Shown here: piece by piece, positions 55,766 through 64,000 of the stretch | Numbering within the stretch: the stretch's first letter is position 1 | Layout: each line of letters begins with the position of its first letter | Assembly: GCF_001194135.2 (NCBI RefSeq) | Contig: NC_068983.1 | Location: 80,637,992 to 80,701,991, forward strand | Direction: 5' to 3' | Source of the DNA: Octopus bimaculoides | Lineage: Eukaryota | DNA: 64,000 nt | Notes under the pieces: generated by a model | What the model saw: the letters and a program-made list of their open reading frames with translations, nothing else | Told to the model about the DNA's origin: nothing | Database searches by the model: none | Translations under genes and position numbers: made by a program

Positions 55766-56874
55766 GATATATCATTGACTTTACCATTATTTGAATGTAA
55801 AATGAGAGAATTAAAGACAGATGGAGAAAAATAGTATATGTAATTAAATATGTATTGAACTTGAAGTGATCTTTGAACAAATGAGTTGAGGAACTTATTA
55901 TTTTTGAAAACTGTTAGTTAGTGTATGTAGAGGGCTATGAGTACATATTCATTGGAAAGCTACTGTGAGCTGATAGTACTAGCAAGTGAAAAACTAAAAT
56001 TTGGTGAATGAACACTTTGAGGTAGTTTGATCAAAACTTTGCATGTTGGACCTTGCACTTAAATTAATGTCTGGAGATATTCTCCCTTGAATATATGCTA
56101 GTGAAGGAAAACAGAGGTAATTAAATGAATAATTTTTCTTTCATAAGATAGTCAGATGAAAAGGGGCAGTGCCCAAGACATTAGGCGAAGATCCCAGTTT
56201 AAGCATCTAGATTATATTCTAGTACATGATGTTGTGATGCTTTCTTCAGTGCCAAAAGGCTCTTCCTGCAGCTGGATACTACCAAACCATTGGAGAGTCA
56301 CTCATGAGTTTGGTTTCTAATTTAATCTTTTGTATGAACTGAAATTAAGAATTAGTCAATGGATTCCAAGTAAAATGATTTTAAAACTAATTACTGACCA
56401 TTGAAACTCATTATGAGATATAAATATACTTGAGGGAGTACTGCTGTAAGTTATCCACAAAATGAATAATAATGGGCAGTTTTATGAAGGCCTTCGAGAA
56501 ATAATCTTCATTATCATTCAATTGAAATTACATAATATTCTCATTTGTTTTTGTGAATTTATTCTTAATTCTTTACTGCCTTACTGAGTTACACATAAAA
56601 TTATAACTCAGATGTAAATACAATGAATATTCAAATTTATGATGTTTTAATAAAAATTCATGCTGTTAACTAAATTTGACAGTTGTATTATTTGTGATTT
56701 TTATCTAGCAAAATCATCTTGTGATAAACTGAATAACAAGCAATAGGTATCCTATTACAAATGTTTAAGTATTAAATATTTCATTCCTATTCTTTTAGGT
56801 TTGGAAAATTTAATAATTTGATTGTAAATAAATCCTTCTCCAATACCAGAATAAAGATATCGGCAAATAATCTC

Positions 56875-56908
<34 letters not shown>

Positions 56909-58451
56909 TTTTTGGTGGGGTTATAATAAGAGTGGAAATATAATAGATTTATGTTACCTTTAAAATTATTGTTCAATTCAAAATCAGGATATTTCTGTAC
57001 AACTATATCTTAAGGCTTATATCTCATACAAAAATATACTTTACAAGAAACCTTAAAAATCTACTCTTGATTTTACTGCTATCCAATAATCACATTATTA
57101 AAATACACCTTTTATAGACATACAAATTTAATACCTCACAAATCTTTTAAATTAATTGTCTTTACTTTATGTAAAAAGTAAGGTTTTGATTTCTTGAACA
57201 AAAATCAATGATGGTATTGTATTTATAGTGCTGCCCATTTAGCATTATTGTTCACATTATTTTTTCATTTTCCATTGTACATTCCAAATCAGTTTACATT
57301 ATCTTTATAAATGAAAAAATTAAAATATAATTCTAAGTATTTGATAAATATATTTTTAAACATAAAATGATTTGCTTTTGTGAAGTTGGTGCTGATCTTA
57401 ATCAAAGAGAAATGAAAATTATATATTGTAGTATGATTTATAAGAGTTGTATTCTTATAAAGTATCAAACTGGTATCACATGTTACATTTCCCTAAAAGA
57501 AAACTTGATATTCTGGTAGTTGGTAGATTTTGGTTGAGTATTGTCTTTTAAATACAATGCTGAAAGGCAAAAATTTGCCTGAATATTGAAAGTTATGTTC
57601 ATTTCTAATCAATTCACTGTATTTGAATCAATAGCCTCTGCCTGGACAGTAAAGTTTATAGTTTTAAATATTTTTCTTCAAATACATATATAGGAAGAAT
57701 AGAATAAAATTCACATGATGTATATTTAAACTGATGCTTTCTTTGAGTGTAAATCCTACACTGATCATATAGACATACATATGTATGTGTGTGTGTGTGT
57801 GTGTGTGGTCTATTTATTTGCATTTTTTAAAATACAAATAGAATATCTAAATGAAAACATTTGTTTTCTTAAAGCAGCTAATGTTCAACAATCTTGTACT
57901 TTTACTTAGTCATTTTTCTTTATTACTTCAGCAAGCACAGAAAAGACTATCCTTTACTGTTGAGATCAGAAAAAGACAAAATATGTCTGGAGTCACCTGC
58001 TGTTCTTACTGAACAGTGAATGATAATGATATAAGCATAAGGCTTATATCATAATGTTGGTATTATCATAATGTATTTTTCTCATTACACACACACACAC
58101 ATCTATGGTTATCACTAGCCACTGCAAGGATGATTTTCATCTGTTTCTAATGATATTGCATTTTTAAACACAGCTCATCTATAAAAGATACTATTTCTAG
58201 ATAAACACCACAATAAATTTCACACTGTAATATATTTAGTATGATATAAACATGTGGTTATTTTAATCTAATACTGCTTCTGTTGCATATAACAAATATG
58301 TAGGTTTGGCTGTGAGGTGGAGACGCTTGGAGGTGTTTGTTTTCCAACCACATAGCTTGGGGTTCAATTGCACAGCAGGGCACCTTGAACAAGTGTCTTC
58401 TCCTATAGCCTTGGACCAACCAAAGGCTTGTAGACAGAAACTAAAAGAAGC

Positions 58452-59040
58452 TTGTCATATCAATCTCCATGTTAACACAGACAAAACAGAATACTTAAAT
58501 CAAGATGCTACAATCAGAACAGTATCAGATACACTGCTCAACTGTGTTGAAGAATTTACTTATCTGTATAGTAAACTCTCTAGCAGGAAAAATGATGTAA
58601 ACACAAACATTGGTAAAACCCAGGGTGCTACTGACAAGTTGTTTCCAGTGTGAAAATCTAAGCTTTCAGACAACATCAAAAGGATCCTCTTCCAAGCAAC
58701 TGTTATCGCTGTTCTGTTGTATGGCTACTCAGCATGGACTCTAATCTCAAAACAAGAAAGAAGATTGGATGGCCGCTATACTCACATGCTAAGAGTAGCT
58801 TCGAATGTCCAGTATTAGACATCATCAAAGAGTGTAGTCAAACTCACAAGGCATTGCTGAAGAGCTAAAGACATAGTTGTCAGTGAAGTTTTTTGTGGGA
58901 TCTTACACAAGGAAGAGCTAGGAGGAGATGGAAAACCAAGACCTGTATCAAGTACATGTGTGATGACATTAACTACGTCTCTGACCTGTTGAATATGATG
59001 AACAATAAAATTGGATGGCAACATGCAAGCAGTATGATGA
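58452..59040 (+). mobile_element. RTE-clade RT C-terminal fragment with (GAT)n tail, preceded by a family B SINE head (about 58300-58452)
   Basis: LHVNTDKTEYL..VEEFTYL..W(*)KSKLSDNIKRILFQATV..VLLYG..WTL..RRLDGRYTHML..GRARRR. Confidence 0.85.
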
Positions 59041-59230
59041 TGATGATGATGATGATGATGAGGATGATGATGAGGATGATGATGATGATGAGGAGGAGGA
59101 GGAGGATGATGATGATGATGATGAGGATGATGGTGGTGGTGGTGGTGGTGGTGATGGTGTCTGTCTGTCTGTCTGTACATTTTTGTGTGTGTGTGTCTGT
59201 GTGTGGATGTGTGCCTGTGTGTGTGTGTAA
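59033..59230. repeat. Compound (GAT)/(GAG)/(GGT)/(GT)n tract
   Basis: Direct reading. Confidence 0.95.
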
Positions 59231-59842
59231 AATAATAATGATAATAATTGAGTCTTGCATTGATTTTGACATATGAAGGCCTAAGAACATTTTTGTTCTT
59301 ATTTTGTTTTAGCTTTGATGTCTGCGTAACTGATGAGAATTTAATCCACCCAGTGATTCACAGACAAACCTGCAAACTGGACACAAGAAAGGATTGTTAT
59401 ACTAAGTGGATGACAAGTTAATTTGAAACATTGTCTTTGCTCTCAGTTGTTTAAGGTACATATATGTGTGTGTATGTGTGTTTGTGTGTGTGTGTTTGTG
59501 TGTGCACACGCATGTGTGTATGTGTGTGCATGTGTGTATGCATGTTTGTACCGTCTTGACTCGATACATGTAGTAGTTGTAAATGAGTTTCACCATCATA
59601 CAAACAACATTATTATTTATTTCCTGTTTTCTGTGAAAACATGTCTGGCCATAAGAAAATATTGCTTTGCATGGAAACAGATAAGGGTTGATGACAGGAA
59701 GGGCATCCAACTATAAAAAAATCTGCCTCATTAAATTCCATTTGACTCATGGAAGCATAGAAAAATGGATGTTAAAACAATTCTGACAATGATGACAACG
59801 ATGTTGATGATGATGTGTATATATACACACACTCATACACAT

Positions 59843-59890
<48 letters not shown>

Positions 59891-60089
59891 CACAAAAACC
59901 ACAATTAGTCATATACACCATACACATGAATGCATATTATACACAAATATATATGGCATGTTAATTTATTCAAGTTCAGTTTCAAGTTTGCTTTGAACAG
60001 TTGCTATCATAGTAGAATGTACAGACATTACACACATATATCCAGTATTATAATACGGTAACATAGACCATTAAATATTTTACTGTTTC

Positions 60090-61660
60090 CTATATAATCC
60101 ATGTTCGTCTTGTTTGTATACACAAGCATGTTCCTGTGTGGTCTATACTTATAATATGGCTCTGTCTTCCACCTTCATTGCAGTGAGAGAAGACAATGTG
60201 CTTTCTACCTTAAGCAATAACCTACCTGGAGTTTTGTTAAGCTTAATTAAATTGAATGCTTTTTATTCATTCGAATGGGGGATCACAAGTGAAACCTCTA
60301 CATTTATAAAAAATTTTCCTGCTGTCTTTCAGTGACAAAGATTATAAACAACTCTCCAAAACATGTCCAGATTTAGAAACTAAAAACTTCATGTCAAACA
60401 TTGTGCGAAATTATATTATTGAATGGAATTTGATCATCTACAAGCTCATTTTGAAACTTTCTATCCTCATATATGAAACTAAAACAAACAAGCAAATAAA
60501 TGGATAAATAAAAACAAAAAAAAAAATCACTGTAACTTTATAAAAAAATAGAGCAGTGAAAAGAAAGAAATAGGAAAACTTAGCTTTCACTCTTTGAGAA
60601 ATAATGAATGATGTATTCCTTAGGAATTCACTTGTAGGTAGTATTTTAAGAGACTTTCTAATAGTTTTTATGTAAAGAGCTTTGGAAAACTTATACTTAT
60701 TTGAATCTAAAGCATTACCTTCATTGAATAATCTGTTCATCGTAGTTTTAGTTATAATCCCAATGAAAATGGCTGAATAGCTGAGTTGATTTTCTTCATC
60801 TTTGGTATCTATTTTATAAATTTACTCAAAAGATTAAGAACAGAATGTAATTCACTGTCTAACAGGTGAATCAATAAGTGTTCTCTTCTCAAATCAAGTT
60901 GAAATTGGTGAAAGATAATAAAATAGTAAATATCTTTTTGGCAGCATGATAAAAGAGCAAATATATCTTTAAGACAGGATTTGAAAGGAGCATCTTTGAG
61001 GCAATTAATCTGGGAGGTTTATTAATACAAACTATGTAAAATACTCTGCAGTGTATCAACAAGCAGAATTACCATCAGAATTATCATCATTTCATTAATC
61101 CTTTAGTATCTAAACTTGCCATGTCTGGCTCAAATATTCTACCTGTTTTATGTTCAAATCAGCTAGTACTGGCCTGCCACACCTACTCTACAATGTCATT
61201 CTAAATTAAGCAATCACATATTAGCAATCATATTATTGAAATCTCAAAGCTACAAGAAAATGCATTCAAAACAATGTGAATGAATAAACATTATATTTGA
61301 CAGAGTAATCTGAATGCTAAAGTGTTAAAACTGTTTCTAGGTTTACCCATCTTGCACATACATTCATAAAAAATTTTCTGTACTCAGTTGCATAAAAGCA
61401 TTAAAACTCATCTAACAGATCAATGTAAAAGTCTTCTAGGTTAAAACTACATATATTCATAAATTTGGCTGAAACAAAAGAAGCGAATTAAGTTTTAGAT
61501 AACAATGCAATGTGATTAGTAATACATTATACTGTGGAACTTGTCTAAATGAACCCTTCTTTGACATACATCGGAATCAGCTGAAAAACAGTTTGAAACA
61601 AAGGTTATAGAATGCCTTTGGCAATGCTCTGCAAAGAGTATAGAGAATCATAAAGTTTTT
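60090..61660 (-). pseudogene. Fossil hAT transposase, multiply frameshifted, interrupted by a MITE
   Basis: FNLEDFYIDL..YRKFFMNVCARWVNLE; FSNPVLKIYLLFY; QLSYSAIFIGIITKTTMNRLFNEG..EFLRNTSFI; LVIPHSNE*KAFNLIKLNKTP..STLSSL, in the expected N-to-C order. Confidence 0.75.
61099..61324 (+). mobile_element. piggyBac-type MITE
   Basis: TTAA at 61095-61098 and 61325-61328; ends tcctttagtat / atgctaaagtg. Confidence 0.75.
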
Positions 61661-61667
61661 GATAAAG

Positions 61668-62100
61668 GTGCAGGTGTGGCTATGTGGTAAGAAGCTTGCT
61701 TCCCAGCCACATGATTCTAGGTTCAGTTCCACTGCATGGCATGTTGGGTTAGTATTTTCTTGTATAGCCCCTTGGGCTGATCAACTTCTTGTGAGTGGAT
61801 TTAACAGACAGAAATAGAAAGAAGCTTGTCATATATGTGTGTATGTCTATGTATGCATGTATGTGTGTGTGTGTGTGCACCTTTACATCTGTGTTTGTCC
61901 CCCACTACTGTTTGACAACCAGTGTCGGTATGTTTACACCCCATAACTTAGCAGTTCAACAAAAGAGACCAATAAAATAAGTACCAGGCTTAACAAAGAA
62001 AATAAAAAATAAGCAATCAGGTAAATTCATTTGACTAAAATTCTTCAAGGTGGCACCCCAGCATGGCCGCAGTCTAATGACTGAAACAAATCAAATATAA
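61668..62100 (+). mobile_element. SINE family B
   Basis: ggtgcaggtgtggctatgtggtaagaagc...gactgaaacaaat. Confidence 0.88.
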
Positions 62101-63569
62101 AAGATAGGGGAGAATTTCTGAAATACAGAATTTCTGAAATAAAGTAATTTTCTGCCAAATACATGAATACATGAAGAAACAGCAAAACCTGGAAATTCCT
62201 ACATAATGCAGAAAGGTCGACAGGTATGTTATTCGACATACCTATATTCACTACTCCATTTACTGGAGCTTTTTTAAGAAGCAAAATTATGACAGATCTC
62301 CTCAAAATATACAAAAAAATATTAATCTATTGATGCCTTATTTATAGTTTTAGTTTATGTAAAATTAATAAATGAAAAGAAATTAGCCTCCCGGTAATAA
62401 AGAAAAAGGGAATTGCATCAAATATAATTAATCAAGCAATACAAGGGAAATTTTTTAAATAGATTAATAGAAATAGGCAGTTTATGAATGATTTGTTGCT
62501 AGCCTTTAGCTCACCCTGATGAAAAGCTAAGCAAGGAATTTAGTTGACACATCAGTTGACACATTAAAGATGAAAACTGCCATTGTTATATTTAGTCATT
62601 AGTCTTAAGTATTTAGTGATTTTATGAAAATTCAAGTAAAAGCCTGACTTGTATAACAGCATTGGTAAAGTTATGTTAAAATTTTAGAAGTGTCATGTTA
62701 AAATCTCAGGTTATTAAAATATAAAATTTGTTACTAGAATACAGGGCAATGACAGAATTTGTAACACCTGTTATGTTTTGACTGGAATAATGTAGAAAAT
62801 ATGAAATATGATACTGAAACATTCCGGTACTCAATGAGATTGAAAGTTTTTGAAAAGAATATTCTTTAAGAGACATAGAGAAATAAGGAAAATATTTGTT
62901 TAAAACAAAGAAAATTAAGTAAATATTTAAAGAGGAAAATGACTTGAGCGCATGTATTATTTTAAAATCCATTGTTATATTTTAATTACTTATTTTAATT
63001 ACTTATAATTAAAATGTTACAGTCTAACAGCATCATTCTGATTTGTGCAGAAATTTTTCACTTTTATATAAGAGTGACTTTGCAAAACAAAGTTTAATTT
63101 AGTTCCACAAGTTTTCAACTGGAAAACAACTTGCTGAAAGGTGCTAATGTAAGATGATTTACTTATGCTGATGTTTTCAATCATTGCATCCAGAATAAAG
63201 GGAATCATTAAAAATATTGTTTTGTAATTTAAAATTTAGGCACAATTTCGATAAAAATGTTATTAAATAACATGTCAGCTAAAAGCTAAATGACAAAATT
63301 CAATTTACGATATTTATAAGTTTGGTTTTAGTTCTTAGAAATCTTAGCTGTACTTATTCTCTCTTGAGATATGTTTTAGTTGCTGAAATACATAAAGTGT
63401 GTTTAGAATATTTTCAATAGAAAGTGTGTTTAATTAATTATTTGTGAAATAAATTGCAATTACACTTTGTGTACAAAATATACTTAGAGATGTTTTACAG
63501 GAGACAGAGATAATTTAGAGCTTAAGCTTTTTTTAACATTTACTACATATTTAGGAAATTCTGTCTAAA

Positions 63570-63830
63570 GGGTGAGTTTGTGGAGTTGTTAGCTAACTCC
63601 TCCTACATCGGTTTATCGATTTTGATGAAACTTGACACGTGAGTAGAACTCATGTCTGGACACCTCATGGCATACTCAGATTGTTGAAAAAGTCAATAAT
63701 AGGGCCCCTCGAAGGGATCTTTATATATATCTAATATATTTTATTTTAAGAGCCAAGGGAAATAACCCATTCGCCCCTGAAAGGGATCCTTATATATAGC
63801 CAAGGGAAGTACACCATTCATTTTTCTAAA
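63570..63830 (+). mobile_element. Possible DINE/Helentron-associated non-autonomous element fragment
   Basis: tcgattttgatgaaacttgacac motif plus an internal direct repeat (cccct(c)gaa(a)gggatc..tatatata, agccaagggaa). Confidence 0.35.
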
Positions 63831-64000
63831 TTATTTGGTAAAAATGAAATTGAGTATGTTTATTTCTTAGTATTTGAACTGTTAGAGTTATTTTCGCAAT
63901 TTATCCAGTACAACCCTTAAACAAGTAAATAGCATTTTCCTGAACAATAGATCCACTTATTTCGGTTAGTGACTTATTCATGAATATACCAACACTAGCG

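Noticed and set aside
59325-59375. CTGATGA followed by a possible stem
   Set aside because: No GAAA core or stem III downstream, so not a hammerhead

Overview
AT-rich, microsatellite-laden eukaryotic draft-assembly DNA with many N gaps (largest 4344-4776, 19859-20716, 21229-21950, 26891-27289). The SINE families, RTE tails and (TA/CA/TACA/CAT)n load point to an octopod cephalopod genome; this is an inference, not a database match. I recognise no host protein-coding gene, rRNA or true tRNA, and most ORFs in the track are translated microsatellites or gaps. The window is dominated by transposon debris. This includes four tRNA-headed SINE families, RTE LINE fragments with (GAT)n tails, and an R4/Dong-type RLE retrotransposon. 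It also holds remnants of an L1/Tx1-like ORF1, a CR1-like LINE, a Gypsy RT, two hAT transposases and a Tc1/mariner transposase, plus hAT-, Tc1- and piggyBac-type MITEs. Best leads: (1) an inverted Penelope-like unit bounded by a perfect 18-bp direct repeat, each arm carrying GIY-YIG tail + tRNA-like Pol III boxes + hammerhead-like core (49603-50577); (2) a second repeat whose reconstructed consensus has minimal type-I hammerhead topology (about 25.3 and 31.1 kb); (3) a roughly 500-bp mosaic containing near-identical copies of two neighbouring segments and bounded by 32-bp inverted repeats (36563-37066). Family labels A-G are my own, and element boundaries are approximate unless a TSD or TIR is given.
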